38,843 nt of DNA from Candidatus Methylomirabilales bacterium. GTDB taxonomy: Bacteria; Methylomirabilota; Methylomirabilia; Methylomirabilales; CSP1-5. A program made the translations under genes and the position numbers. The stretch lies in the NCBI GenBank assembly GCA_046758505.1, contig JBHIAH010000018.1, positions 1 to 38,843 on the forward strand, read 5' to 3'. Below the pieces are notes generated by a model. It did no database searches. It saw nothing but the letters and a program-made list of their open reading frames with translations, and was not told the origin of the DNA. Positions 16,815 to 26,681 of the stretch are shown in pieces (position 1 is the first letter of the stretch; each line of letters begins with the position of its first letter).

Positions 16815-18173
16815 CTATGCGAGGCCTTCTGCCTGCAGCATCCGAAGGGCTTTCTCGAAGGCCCGAACCGTCAGGGCAATATCCTCTTCGCTGTGGACGG
16901 ACGAGATCCACCCGTGAAACGGCGGGATGTCCACCCCATTGAGGATCATGGCCACTCGCAGTTTGTGGTGAAGCTTCAGGTTATGGGTTTGCAGCACCCG
17001 ATGGTCCGTCCGGGGCGAGGGCTCGAGTGCGGCGAGGCCAAGCCGGCCCGGACCCACGAAGTAGTTAAAGACCGAGCCCTCCCCATACACCAGGACATCG
17101 GCACCCGTGCGGGCGATTGCTTCTCTCATCCCATCCCGCAAGAGCTCGCCCATCCGGTTGGCCCGCCGCTGAGCCTCCCCATCGCCGATCCGCTCTAGGG
17201 TGGCGATCCCTGCTGCGGCCGCCAGCGGATTCGCGTTGTAGGTCCCGGCATGGGCGACCCGCTGGTGGCGGTCCCAATCGCGGTCCCCCCGAAACGCAAG
17301 GAGGTCCATGATCCCCGCCTGCCCGGCCACCGCCCCCCCCGGCATCCCCCCCGCCAGGATCTTCGCCAGCGCGGTAACGTCCGGCGTCACCCCGTAGTAT
17401 TGCTGAGCGCCCCCCGGCGCATACCGGAAACCAGAAATGACCTCGTCAAAGATCAGAGCCACTCCCTGCTTCCGGGTCACGTCCCTGAGCTCGTGGAGAA
17501 AGGTGCGATCGGTGGGAATGGTTCCCGAGGTTCCCCCGGCCGGCTCGAGGATGACCGTCCCGACCTCCTCCCCCAGAACTTTCTCCAGCGCGCGAATGTC
17601 GTTGGGGGGGCAGAGGACGATCTGACCCAAGGCCTCTTCCGGCACTCCACGGGACACCGGGGCCTGGTACGGAGGCCTGACCCCGACCGTGGCAACGTCG
17701 TGCCACCCGTGGAAGTGTCCCTCGAACTTCACCACCTTGTCTTTTCCAGTTGCCGCTCGGGCGAGGCGCAGGGCGAGGTGGGTGGCCTCGGTCCCAGAGC
17801 CGGTGAAGCGAACCCGCTCGGCCGACGGGACCAACTGTTGCACCAGTTCGGCCCAGCGCACTTCCAAGGGATGGCACGCCCCGAGATGGGTTCCTTTCTC
17901 GAGCTGGGCCCGAACCGCGCGCGTCACCTCGGGGTGCAGATGCCCGAGGAAGAGCGACCCATGTCCCATCCAGTAGTCGATGAGCTCCTGGCCGTCCACC
18001 GCCCATTTCCGGGTCCCCTCGGCCCGCTCGATGTAGACCGGGAAGGGGGTCAGATACCGGATGTCATGGGTGATGCCGCCCGGAATAAGTTCCCGCGCCC
18101 GCTCGAACAGCTTACAGGAGGTGGGATGGGCGTCGAGATACCGGGCATCGATTGTCGAAGACGCAGGCTCCAC
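16815..18173 (-). CDS. Class III PLP aminotransferase, glutamate-1-semialdehyde aminomutase-like
   Basis: LIPGG, RFTGSGTEA, FEGHFHGWHD, LIFDEVISGFR, AKILAGG and GTYNANP motifs. Confidence 0.9.
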   Translation of the reverse strand: MEPASSTIDARYLDAHPTSCKLFERARELIPGGITHDIRYLTPFPVYIERAEGTRKWAVDGQELIDYWMGHGSLFLGHLHPEVTRAVRAQLEKGTHLGACHPLEVRWAELVQQLVPSAERVRFTGSGTEATHLALRLARAATGKDKVVKFEGHFHGWHDVATVGVRPPYQAPVSRGVPEEALGQIVLCPPNDIRALEKVLGEEVGTVILEPAGGTSGTIPTDRTFLHELRDVTRKQGVALIFDEVISGFRYAPGGAQQYYGVTPDVTALAKILAGGMPGGAVAGQAGIMDLLAFRGDRDWDRHQRVAHAGTYNANPLAAAAGIATLERIGDGEAQRRANRMGELLRDGMREAIARTGADVLVYGEGSVFNYFVGPGRLGLAALEPSPRTDHRVLQTHNLKLHHKLRVAMILNGVDIPPFHGWISSVHSEEDIALTVRAFEKALRMLQAEGLA

Positions 18174-18182
18174 GGTGTATCC

Positions 18183-18485
18183 TCAGCCGGATGGCGAAGT
18201 CGTGATGCTTTCCTTCCTCAACAGGACTTGCTCCAGCCGCGTGCGAAGTGCTGTCTCGGTGACCCGATACTTGAAGGCCTTCCGCCCTTCAATGAAAAGC
18301 ACGGGAACCTCCTGATCGAATTGTGCGTGAAGGTCCCGATCCTGATCGATATCCAGCTCGGCGAGATCCACGGGATAGCTCTGGCTGACCGTGCGCACCA
18401 CGCTCTTCATCTCTTCACACAAGCGGCAGTCGCGCCGCGTGTAGAGCGTAACCTGAATCCTCACCGTCGAATTCGAGGAGCCCAT
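18183..18485 (-). CDS. Glutaredoxin-like protein (DUF836)
   Basis: VTLYTRRDCRLC (CxxC), ELDID and EVPVLFIEG. Confidence 0.85.
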   Translation of the reverse strand: MGSSNSTVRIQVTLYTRRDCRLCEEMKSVVRTVSQSYPVDLAELDIDQDRDLHAQFDQEVPVLFIEGRKAFKYRVTETALRTRLEQVLLRKESITTSPSG

Positions 18486-18615
18486 GTGGGAGACCGTAAC
18501 ACACGAGGCAGGGGCTGTCAAACCAGCGCGGACCGCCCTCACATCAGGAAAAACGCTCGCGTTCCCTTCTCCGTGCTCCGCACGAGCCTGGCCCGATCCC
18601 ACCGTCCGCACGTCC

Positions 18616-19116
18616 CTACGGTAACGGGTTCTCGTCTGCGCTCGGCCCGTAGATGGTGGGAACGGGGACGTTCAGGAGGCGGAGATAGACCGACAGCTGG
18701 CCACGATGGTGGTACCAGTGATTCAGCATGAGGGAACGGACGACCCCGATCCGGGGAACGGCAAGCAGCGTCTTGCCGTTCTTGGTCAGCTTCCAGGTAG
18801 ACATGGCGGTCTCGTCGTCCAGATCGTTTAGCACCGTTGTGGCCTGAGCGACGCTCTGCTCGAGGGCTGGCAAAAGTTCGGCTGCGCTCGTGGCCGTCGG
18901 AAACTCGCTCAAATCCGGCACCTCCTGTTCGCTGTGGGAGACGAGGCCTGCGACCTGCCCCGGCGTCGTCGCCACATGCAGCGCGAGCTGGCCAAGCGAC
19001 ATCGACTTCGCGTGCGGCTTCCACGTCAGCTTGTCGTTCGGCACGCGGTCGAGCACTCTCCTCGTTGTCGCCGCTTCCTGTTCGAGCTCCATGAGAATCG
19101 GATCAACGATGCGCAT
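18616..19116 (-). CDS. DinB-family protein
   Basis: WKPHAKSMSLGQLALHVA and NHWYHHRGQLSVYLRL..YGPSAD. Confidence 0.9.
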   Translation of the reverse strand: MRIVDPILMELEQEAATTRRVLDRVPNDKLTWKPHAKSMSLGQLALHVATTPGQVAGLVSHSEQEVPDLSEFPTATSAAELLPALEQSVAQATTVLNDLDDETAMSTWKLTKNGKTLLAVPRIGVVRSLMLNHWYHHRGQLSVYLRLLNVPVPTIYGPSADENPLP

Positions 19117-19273
19117 GATGTGATCTCCTCGGTGGTGTGGATTTCATGAAAAGGGCAAACACATTCCTCGCGGGCGGAGCATATCAGGAGGGTATCCTGT
19201 CCGCCGAGTTCCGTCAACCGGGGACGTGATGCCACCAGGGATCCCGCAGGTACTCCTGTGTCATGCGCAGACT

Positions 19274-20122
19274 TTAATCGCCGACCAGAGGACCGGGAGG
19301 GTGCGGCACGAACACGGAATACTGCGGGAGAGGCTGGAGCGGCCGGGGGGACGGTGCGCTCGGTCGGCTCACGGTGAGCTTGGCGTGGAATCCGAGCCGG
19401 CCGATGAATGGGAGCTTCAGGGCGGGTCGCACAGGGTCGACCCCAAAGCTGAGGCCGAGCAGGTTCAGTTCTATGCCTTCTCGCTTCGCGATGAGCAGGC
19501 CGGCGAGACCGTAGATAGAGAGCTGGTACCCGGTGCCGCTCGGGGCGCGGTCTACGAGGCCGCTGTGGATTGGATAATCTTTGCCCATCGCGGTGACCGG
19601 AAGGCTGAGCCGCAGCTCGGGAACGCGCCGCGCCACATAGGCGGTAAAGGTGTTGCTGTTGGGGCCGGGCCAGAGGTGGTATGCATGGGTGTACGGGTAG
19701 GCCTCCATCGCGTCCATGATCTTGCCGATGGCGTCTGCTGCCTCCGAGTCGCGCAGGTCGGCGAGGATCTCCGGCGGGTTCCCGCCCCAATACCTGTCCG
19801 GGATGTCAGGTCTCGAACTGACCACCGCGAGGCCGTGAAATAACCGCCAGCCGATCACCTGATGAACCGTGAAGTGCGGCGCGTGTGCGGGCTTGGTGGC
19901 GATCCACGTGTGCACGCCAAAGAGGCCCCGCCAACTGAAGGCCCTGGCGGCATAGACCTGGACGACCGCTTCGAGTGTCTTCGCCGGGTCGGGGGCGAGC
20001 CCGGCGCTGTCCCACCGCACCGCGCGCCAGTCGTGACCGAGATGGACGGTGCCAGAGAAGACCATGAACACCGGGCTGGCAAAGAGAATGAGGAGGAACG
20101 CTACTACGAGCCGCAAACGCAT
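19274..20122 (-). CDS. DUF3750 domain protein
   Basis: AVVQVYAARAFSWRGLFGVHTWIATK, WPGPNSNTF and APSGTGYQLS motifs. Confidence 0.8.
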   Translation of the reverse strand: MRLRLVVAFLLILFASPVFMVFSGTVHLGHDWRAVRWDSAGLAPDPAKTLEAVVQVYAARAFSWRGLFGVHTWIATKPAHAPHFTVHQVIGWRLFHGLAVVSSRPDIPDRYWGGNPPEILADLRDSEAADAIGKIMDAMEAYPYTHAYHLWPGPNSNTFTAYVARRVPELRLSLPVTAMGKDYPIHSGLVDRAPSGTGYQLSIYGLAGLLIAKREGIELNLLGLSFGVDPVRPALKLPFIGRLGFHAKLTVSRPSAPSPRPLQPLPQYSVFVPHPPGPLVGD

Positions 20123-20320
20123 GGTTGTCACCCACAAGGGGGGTTACCACTTACTATCTGCAAAAGCCGAAGCGCCGCACGGCCTCGACGCGGCCCAAGA
20201 CGCTCCCGGCCTGAAGCGCCCGCAGTACGTCTCAGTATCTTCCACCCCGTCCGGGGTGTCAACCCGTCGGAAGGAGCGGCCGGGGCCGACGGTTCATCGG
20301 GCGACACCCTCTGCAACCGG

Positions 20321-20336
20321 TGGCACGGAGATTGCT
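20321..20336 (+). promoter_or_regulatory. sigma54 (-24/-12) promoter
   Basis: TGGCACG-GAGA-TTGCT, an exact consensus, 43 nt upstream of the ATG at 20380. Confidence 0.7.
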
Positions 20337-20379
20337 ACTTCGCAGGGCACAGGGAAGTACCGCGGCAAAGGATTCTCCG

Positions 20380-21147
20380 ATGCGCTGCCCGGATTGCGGA
20401 TTCGTCCAGATGCCAGAGACCCGCTGTAAACGCTGTGGGGCCGCACTGCATGCGACCCTCTCACCGGCTCACTCGTCTCCGGACACATTCGTCGTCGAGT
20501 CACACGAGAAGGCAGGATGGCGTGAAGGGGAATGGTGGGCGTGGGCCAAGGAGTTACTGTTTCATGTGGAGCCGCCGATCAACCCCCTTGCCTTTTACGG
20601 TCGCGCCGCTTTGTACCTCATCTTTCTCCTGTGGGGGTGGCAGTTCATTTCCATGGAGTATGAGAAGGTTGTGGGCGGTTACCCCCCGATTAACCAGTCC
20701 TTCATGCACAGCGTGAACCTCGTCTTCCACGAGGCCGGCCACGTCATCTTCACCCCCTTCGGTCGCTTTCTGACCGTCCTCGGCGGCACCCTGGGTCAAT
20801 GGCTGATCCCCTTCATCGTGCTCTGCACGTTCTTACTGAAAACGCGGGATACGTTCGGCGCGGCCATAGGCCTCTGGTGGCTGGGGCAGAGTTTCCTGGA
20901 CATCGCACCCTACATCAACGACGCCCGCGCCGGCCAGCTGATCTTGTTGGGTGGCGTGACCGGCCGTGACACACCGGGGTATCACGATTGGGAGAATATC
21001 CTTCGGGACCTCGGGTGGTTACAATACGATCACACCCTCGCCGGCATCGTACACGCCGTCGGCGTCAGCTTGATGCTTCTGTCATTTCTCTGGGGCGCGT
21101 ACGTGCTCTACCTCCAGTACACGCATCTCGATCGTCCTTCCTCCTAA
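20380..21147 (+). CDS. Zn-ribbon membrane protein with HExxH motif (peptidase M50-like)
   Basis: CPDC..CKRC, multiple TMs, FHEAGH, GG....HDW. Confidence 0.75.
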   Translation: MRCPDCGFVQMPETRCKRCGAALHATLSPAHSSPDTFVVESHEKAGWREGEWWAWAKELLFHVEPPINPLAFYGRAALYLIFLLWGWQFISMEYEKVVGGYPPINQSFMHSVNLVFHEAGHVIFTPFGRFLTVLGGTLGQWLIPFIVLCTFLLKTRDTFGAAIGLWWLGQSFLDIAPYINDARAGQLILLGGVTGRDTPGYHDWENILRDLGWLQYDHTLAGIVHAVGVSLMLLSFLWGAYVLYLQYTHLDRPSS

Positions 21148-21308
21148 TCGCAACCCCTCCCGTCAGCTCGGTGAAATTGGCGACACCCTTCCCATCAGCT
21201 GGAAAGAGAACTATCTCGGGTATTTCTCTCTCATCCGTGAGCCTGAATCAGACAAGGCGTCAATGGACTAGCAGGGGAATTCCGAAGAAAGAAGAATGGG
21301 CGCTGTCC

Positions 21309-21587
21309 CTATTTTGACCGGGGAGGGAGCGGCTTTCGCCCTCGCCATTTCTCCGGGCGGTACTGGCGGTCGATGAGATGGGCCGGCCGGAAGATCAACT
21401 CGGCCACCGAGCCCCCCAGTACGTATCGCGGCCTCACCTCGTAAATTACAGTGGAACCCTGCATTGTGAGCGTGATCGGGCCGGGTCTTACGAGAAGGTA
21501 GTAGCACCCGCCGTATGCGGCCAAAACAGCCATTGCGGCAACGATGAGCAAGAACGTTCTGAGGATCGGCCGACCCCGACGCACCAT
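21309..21587 (-). CDS. Hypothetical single-TM protein
   Basis: 92-aa ORF with an N-terminal TM segment. Confidence 0.5.
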   Translation of the reverse strand: MVRRGRPILRTFLLIVAAMAVLAAYGGCYYLLVRPGPITLTMQGSTVIYEVRPRYVLGGSVAELIFRPAHLIDRQYRPEKWRGRKPLPPRSK

Positions 21588-21723
21588 CTGTTATGAACCC
21601 TCACAAGAGAATGAGACTGCCCGATGTACAAGGCAAACCGTGCAATTTTCGAGCCGAACAACGTCACCCCGCTTTTCCGGCAACTCCCTGCCAAGGATGC
21701 TGCGCCGATGTCTCGCGATGTTG

Positions 21724-22790
21724 TCAACCTCCTCCTCCTCGCGGGATTCGGCGTCTCTGCCTGGGATTTCCTTGTGTTGGAACAAGAACGTCTCGGTCAA
21801 AAGAGACGTAGGTTACCCGGAGGTACTCGTTACTGAGACCTCTGGCAACGTGTCCCAACGCTCTTCTCATATCATTCGGATGCTTTTCGAGAATGGCGCC
21901 TACGTCCGATAATGCGTAAGAGATCCGCGTTTTCATATACGTATCAAAACCAAACCGTCCGGCCTCTCCTTCCATGCCATCACTCTCCAATCGGTCTTTC
22001 CCTTCTTCAGTCAAGGAATACTCGACGATTCCATATGGTGTCACAACTCTGTTCCGTATCTTTCCTCCCCCGTGATGATATTCGTCGAATTCCCGAGAAA
22101 TATCCATCATAAATGCGATATCAATCGGACTTGGCATTGAATATCTTACATTAGAAATTAATGCCTTCTCGAAGCCTCCCCGCATATTCGTTGGACCAGT
22201 CGGCCGCTTGCAGATCACATCATCTGTACATTGTTCAAAGTAGACCAACGGATGATAGTGATAGAGATGTAATCTGTGATGGTCACGCATAAGTTGCGCC
22301 AGATATTCTCTATCGACATCAACGCTGACGTCTTCAGCGCGGTCACCATATTCACCCCTTCCGATTTCAATCCACTGACACTGACCCGGATTCCCGTCAT
22401 CAGGTATATACACCAACATTACCTCAAAGTGAGAGCGCCGCATGAGGGCAATTATTCTCTGGAGTCCTGCTGATTCGCATGCGTTTTCAGGTATTGCTCT
22501 ACCAGCGTCTGCAAAAGTGACACCCGACTTGCCGGGACCGCTCATTGGCGACCCTGATTGCCCTTGCTGGGCATACGGACGACGTCTACCATCATTACTA
22601 ACAATGTCAGGACACCCGCTCAAAGCCACACCGGCAACGAGTAAAACGCTTGCGAACGCCAGTCGTCCTCTCTGGGGTCGATTTTCCAACGCACACACGC
22701 GCTGAGTCTCTCGCCCTGCGATCTCGCGTCTCACACTCAAGAATGATACGACGATGGCGACACCCCGCGGGGTCACCTTGAATCGGGCCA
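21724..22790 (-). CDS. Hypothetical lipoprotein, lower GC, JAB/MPN-like residues
   Basis: Long ORF in a low-GC stretch; lipobox ALSGC; HFE..HYHP..PSPID; start uncertain. Confidence 0.6.
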
Positions 22791-22923
22791 TGTGTACCCT
22801 TCGCTGCATGCCTTGTGTCAAGTCCAATCTGCGCACGAGCACTCCAGTCTCAGGAGGAACTTGCGGAGGTGCGTGAGCAGGTTAAGACCAAGCAGCAGGA
22901 CGGAGAAAGGGGTGGCAATCCGT

Positions 22924-23157
22924 TCAGCGTGACCGTTTGAGCCAGACAGTGTCAGGTGAAAGGAAGGGGTAAAGCCCGGTGGTGTATTGAAAGCTCTCTT
23001 GATAGGCGTGGGGATCGATGCCGGGTGATGACGCCCTCTGGTAAGTTACATGTTGCGACGGAGGGGGGATCGCCGGGACGTTCAGATAGAGATGAATCTG
23101 GGCCAGAATGTGCAGTATCGTCACAGCAATGAGAAGCAGCCTGTCTGTGCGCTCCAT
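22924..23157 (-). CDS. Hypothetical small protein
   Basis: MERTDRLLLIAVTILHIL.. hydrophobic N-terminus; weak support. Confidence 0.35.
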   Translation of the reverse strand: MERTDRLLLIAVTILHILAQIHLYLNVPAIPPPSQHVTYQRASSPGIDPHAYQESFQYTTGLYPFLSPDTVWLKRSR

Positions 23158-23287
23158 GGCCCCAACCGGATGATGAGGTTGACGTCTCACCCTTCGAGAC
23201 GCCCCTCACTCCTCAAGTGTTAACCGTTCTCACTCCAGAACTATTCCCCGAACTTCGCGCTTTCACGCTCGCGCCGCCTGCGAAGCT

Positions 23288-23815
23288 TCAGGCAACCTTT
23301 TGATTACAGTGCCTACCCACACAAGACCCGCCGCGCTCGCCACGCGGCCCGAAACCCTCCGTGGCCGACACGCCGTCCTCGAATTCCAACACCACGTAGC
23401 CCGGGATCGATCCGTCTGCCTCGCGGAGCCGGAAACGCACCTCGACCGAGTTGGCGCGCTGGCACTTCCCGGCGTCCGAGCACCGAACGGCCACTCCGAT
23501 TGATCGGTTGTCCCCGCGCCAGCGAATAATCCGGCCTGCCACCTCAGCGGCAGAACGCCAAATGGAGATCCGGAGGTGGGGATACGGCACGGTGTTGCCT
23601 TCCGGGTGCGCGTCCACGAGATAGATGGCGACGGCAGCCCCGTCCCACGGGGCACACTCAGGCTCGGCAAACGCCACCGGGTACCCCGCAGGAGGATTCG
23701 GGATCGCGCCCACCTCTGCGGATCCCGAACATCCAAGAAGGGCGCCCGCGCGGAGAACCTGAATCAGTGCCCTCGGAAGAATCCTAGTCAAAAAACGATC
23801 TGATCCCTTTCGCAT
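23288..23815 (-). CDS. Hypothetical lipoprotein
   Basis: ALLGC lipobox; CAPWDG motif; Cys pairs. Confidence 0.55.
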   Translation of the reverse strand: MRKGSDRFLTRILPRALIQVLRAGALLGCSGSAEVGAIPNPPAGYPVAFAEPECAPWDGAAVAIYLVDAHPEGNTVPYPHLRISIWRSAAEVAGRIIRWRGDNRSIGVAVRCSDAGKCQRANSVEVRFRLREADGSIPGYVVLEFEDGVSATEGFGPRGERGGSCVGRHCNQKVA

Positions 23816-23861
23816 GACCTGCGCAAATGGACATAACAATCCCCCGTTCCACCACACACGC

Positions 23862-24251
23862 TCAATTGACGGCGGTCCAGGAGCCGTCAGGCTGGCGCTT
23901 GTACACGGTGTTGTAGTTCTTCTTCACGAAGAACGGACCGAGCTTGAAGTTTACCTTCTCCGCCATGATAACCATGGTGTTGTAGTTCCCGTTCTCCGCT
24001 TGGCCCTTCAACGCTCCCGCAAATTCATCGGCGGCTTCTCGAAGAACGGTGCGATCGCTCATATCGACGACACGGTACTTGAGAGTCAGCGCGCGCTCCC
24101 CAGAGGTGGACGAGAACCACCCCTGTCCCACAATCTCATACGACCGACCAGAAGGTCCGGTCCACCTGCTCGTCTGTTCACCCGTACAGGCCAAGAGTAC
24201 CGTGCTCAACACCAGGAAGCAAGCCGCCCATTTTGTGTAGGATCTGATCAT
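23862..24251 (-). CDS. Hypothetical lipoprotein
   Basis: MIRSYTKW..VLLAC lipobox; GC3-biased codons. Confidence 0.7.
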   Translation of the reverse strand: MIRSYTKWAACFLVLSTVLLACTGEQTSRWTGPSGRSYEIVGQGWFSSTSGERALTLKYRVVDMSDRTVLREAADEFAGALKGQAENGNYNTMVIMAEKVNFKLGPFFVKKNYNTVYKRQPDGSWTAVN

Positions 24252-24282
24252 CGCCGACACCCCTGTCACGTCTAATTCCTCA

Positions 24283-24370
24283 CAAACACAGCGCCCACCC
24301 GGGTCCCGTTTCACCCGAGAGGGCGCCGCAAGGGCTGTGCCGGAGGGGGGGCTATCGTCAGGGCGGGTTT
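24283..24370 (-). ncRNA. Repeated leader module, degenerate partial copy A
   Basis: Minus strand TGAcgATAGCCCCCCCTCCGG.. then hairpin GCGCCCTCTCGGG..CCCGGGTGGGCGC, similar to the 3' part of copy G. Confidence 0.45.
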
Positions 24371-24414
24371 ACTGCCACTCGCTATAAGCCAAGTGTTACT
24401 GGGTATGTGCCCAC

Positions 24415-25122
24415 TCATTCATTGCTGCGGCGACTTCTTTCGATCACCACCCACCAGAGGAACCAGCCGGCAACTGCGGCAACAAGCAGCCAGAGCCAGG
24501 CACGCGTCTCGCCGGACCAGATGCCGTCACCCATCAACACCATCATGATCGTGAGCGGCAGGATGCCTAACCCGGTGGTCCAGGTGAACGTCCACCAGGA
24601 AATCGTGGTGAGTCCCGCCGCGTAGTTGATCAGGTTGAACGAGATTACCGGCAGCAGGCGGCTGAAGAGCAGCGCCCCGCCGCCCTGCCTCACCGCCCAG
24701 TGGTCGACGGTCGCCCGATGCCGCTCCGCCACCATCCCCAGTACGAACGGCCTGCCCAGCCACCGCGCAAGGCCGAAGGCGACATAGGCACCGAGCATGG
24801 CGCCGGTCCAGGTAATCACACTCCCCCAAAGCGGACCGTACACCATGCCGTTGGCCATGGCGAGAAATTCCGCCGGGAACGGGATGAAGCTGTGCACGAT
24901 CATCAGAAGGATCGATCCGGCGGCTCCCCAGGCACCCCACGCGTGGATCCGCCTCTCGGCGGCCTCCGATGACATCTCGAATCCTGGCAGGGCAGGAACC
25001 ATGTCCCACAGTGCAAAGACCCATACGACACCCGTAACCAGGACGAGGGCGACGAGCGCCAGCACCGCAAGGTTTATGCGGCGGAACCGCGTCGATGTCA
25101 CTCGAGGAGGCTCGACACCCAT
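24415..25122 (-). CDS. TVP38/TMEM64 (DedA/VTT) membrane protein
   Basis: PFPAEFLAMANG..YG, GA..AF.LAR.LG and RLLPVISFNLINYAAG motifs. Confidence 0.9.
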   Translation of the reverse strand: MGVEPPRVTSTRFRRINLAVLALVALVLVTGVVWVFALWDMVPALPGFEMSSEAAERRIHAWGAWGAAGSILLMIVHSFIPFPAEFLAMANGMVYGPLWGSVITWTGAMLGAYVAFGLARWLGRPFVLGMVAERHRATVDHWAVRQGGGALLFSRLLPVISFNLINYAAGLTTISWWTFTWTTGLGILPLTIMMVLMGDGIWSGETRAWLWLLVAAVAGWFLWWVVIERSRRSNE

Positions 25123-25172
25123 CGACAACCCGTATGATTTGACATTACATGGCCGAATCTGAACGCTGCCCC

Positions 25173-25419
25173 AAGAAAAACGCCTTCCCGGCCGACGCTG
25201 CGCCGGGAAGGGCGTCCGATTGTCCGGTCCGCCGTTGATTGCGCCTCAGATGGGCCGGGAGCTACGGTCACCCCGGTTTTATTAATAGTACCTGCTGGGG
25301 CCTAAGGGTTGAGAGTTGAATGTTCTCTTTACCGGCCAACCACGGGATAACACGAAGGGTTGGCTGAAGGCGGGTCTTTTCTACCTCAAAAGGCATGCTC
25401 CCTGTCAAGCCCAAACTGC
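25173..25419 (-). ncRNA. Repeated leader module copy B
   Basis: GCAGTTTGGGCTTGACA-N19-TAGAAAAGAC; ATA AAA CCG GGG TGA (25268-25282); GGCG-N15-CGCC; GC hairpin followed by a T-tract. Confidence 0.7.
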
Positions 25420-25520
25420 GGGAGCACCCGGGTCATCTCTTTCTTCAACATTCTTCAATGCTTCCCATTGGCGCATATCACGATTCAAGACCGTAACCCC
25501 GCCTTTTTCCATCCGCCCAG

Positions 25521-26306
25521 TTACCACGACAGGGTGAGCATTAACGCGACGTGGCGGCCATCCGAATACGGAAGAATGGTGATCCTGCCCGGGTCTTCCT
25601 TTTTGTGGATTCTGGCGACTCCCCTTCCGATGACCGTCCCAAGGGCTGCGCCAAAGACGACATCGGATAAGAAGTGTTTGTCATCGGAGAGCCGTGAGAA
25701 TCCCACGAATCCCGCAAACAGATAAAGCGGAATTCCGATCTCATGGCCGTACATGGCATCCACCGTGGCGGCCAGGGCAAAGCTGCCCGAGGCGTGGCCG
25801 GAGGGAAACGACGACGTAATGCGGTCGCCGCTTCCGTCCGGTCTTTCCCTCCCCGTCGACACCTTGAGGAGGCTGGTCAGCGCCTGCGTGATGATCTGGG
25901 ACTCGATCAGCGCCTTGCCGGTTTCGATCACTTTGTCCTCCTCGGCGACCCGCCCCAGGATATAGGTGGAGAGGGCGATCCCACCCAGGGTCAGTCCATG
26001 CCCGCCGATGTTGCCGATCCCCGCAAAATCTCCGATGGAATCGTCGGCCCCCTCCCGGACCTCATCGTCGGCATCGGTCTGCGACAGGCCCATGGCGGCT
26101 CCACCGCCGACGCCCAGGATCGCGAGATTCCACCCCGTGAAGCTTTCCTGGGTTCCCTGCAGCACGTTCCTGGGAAGCTCGTGCAGGAGGTACTTCGGAA
26201 AACTCTCCTCCCGTGCCTGAACCGTCTTCTCCGGCTCTGCGTGGGCAGGGAATCCAGGCAAGAGCAGGAAGAGAGTCGCGAACACGATCCATGGCTTTCT
26301 CACCAT
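25521..26306 (-). CDS. PAP2-family phosphatase
   Basis: K....RERP, SFPSGH and SRL...KH..SDV motifs; signal peptide. Confidence 0.9.
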   Translation of the reverse strand: MVRKPWIVFATLFLLLPGFPAHAEPEKTVQAREESFPKYLLHELPRNVLQGTQESFTGWNLAILGVGGGAAMGLSQTDADDEVREGADDSIGDFAGIGNIGGHGLTLGGIALSTYILGRVAEEDKVIETGKALIESQIITQALTSLLKVSTGRERPDGSGDRITSSFPSGHASGSFALAATVDAMYGHEIGIPLYLFAGFVGFSRLSDDKHFLSDVVFGAALGTVIGRGVARIHKKEDPGRITILPYSDGRHVALMLTLSW

Positions 26307-26337
26307 TGCAAAGACCCTATCCACAGCGTGACTCGGG

Positions 26338-26585
26338 AAACCGAAACGCCCTCGAGGGCCATACTGCACCCGGGAGGGCGTGCGAATTTGCACTGCGCCG
26401 TCGGTGGTGCCGCGGTTAGGCGTGGGGCTATATTCACCCCGGGTTCATTGTGCGACCCGTTGACAGATGAGTGTTGAGAGCCAAGAGCTCCGCCTCTGTC
26501 CGTTACCCCCGCGACAGCCCGAAGGGTCCCCTGGGGCTGGGTCTTTTCTACCCCGAGAGGCTCACCCCTTTCAAGCTCAAACTGC
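26338..26585 (-). ncRNA. Repeated leader module copy C
   Basis: GCAGTTTGAGCTTGAAA-N18-TAGAAAAGAC; ATG AAC CCG GGG TGA (26434-26448); GGCG-N15-CGCC; ACGCCCTC/GAGGGCGT hairpin. Confidence 0.7.
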
Positions 26586-26681
26586 CCTTGCGTCGATCGG
26601 CGCAGCATCGGGGACCCCGGCCTGTCGAAAAAGGAGCGTGTCCTTTTCCCCCGCGGACGGCCGGGAGCCGGGAAGGAAAGA

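Noticed and set aside
340..18731. Long shadow ORFs (e.g. 340-1572, 1598-2878, 5661-6845, 11405-12541, 17250-18731)
   Set aside because: Antisense to well-supported genes in high-GC DNA; no motifs.
20160..20270. SAH-riboswitch-like leader upstream of DUF3750
   Set aside because: Has GGCGCT twice but lacks the GAGGAGCGYUGC/CCAGGCUC arrangement.
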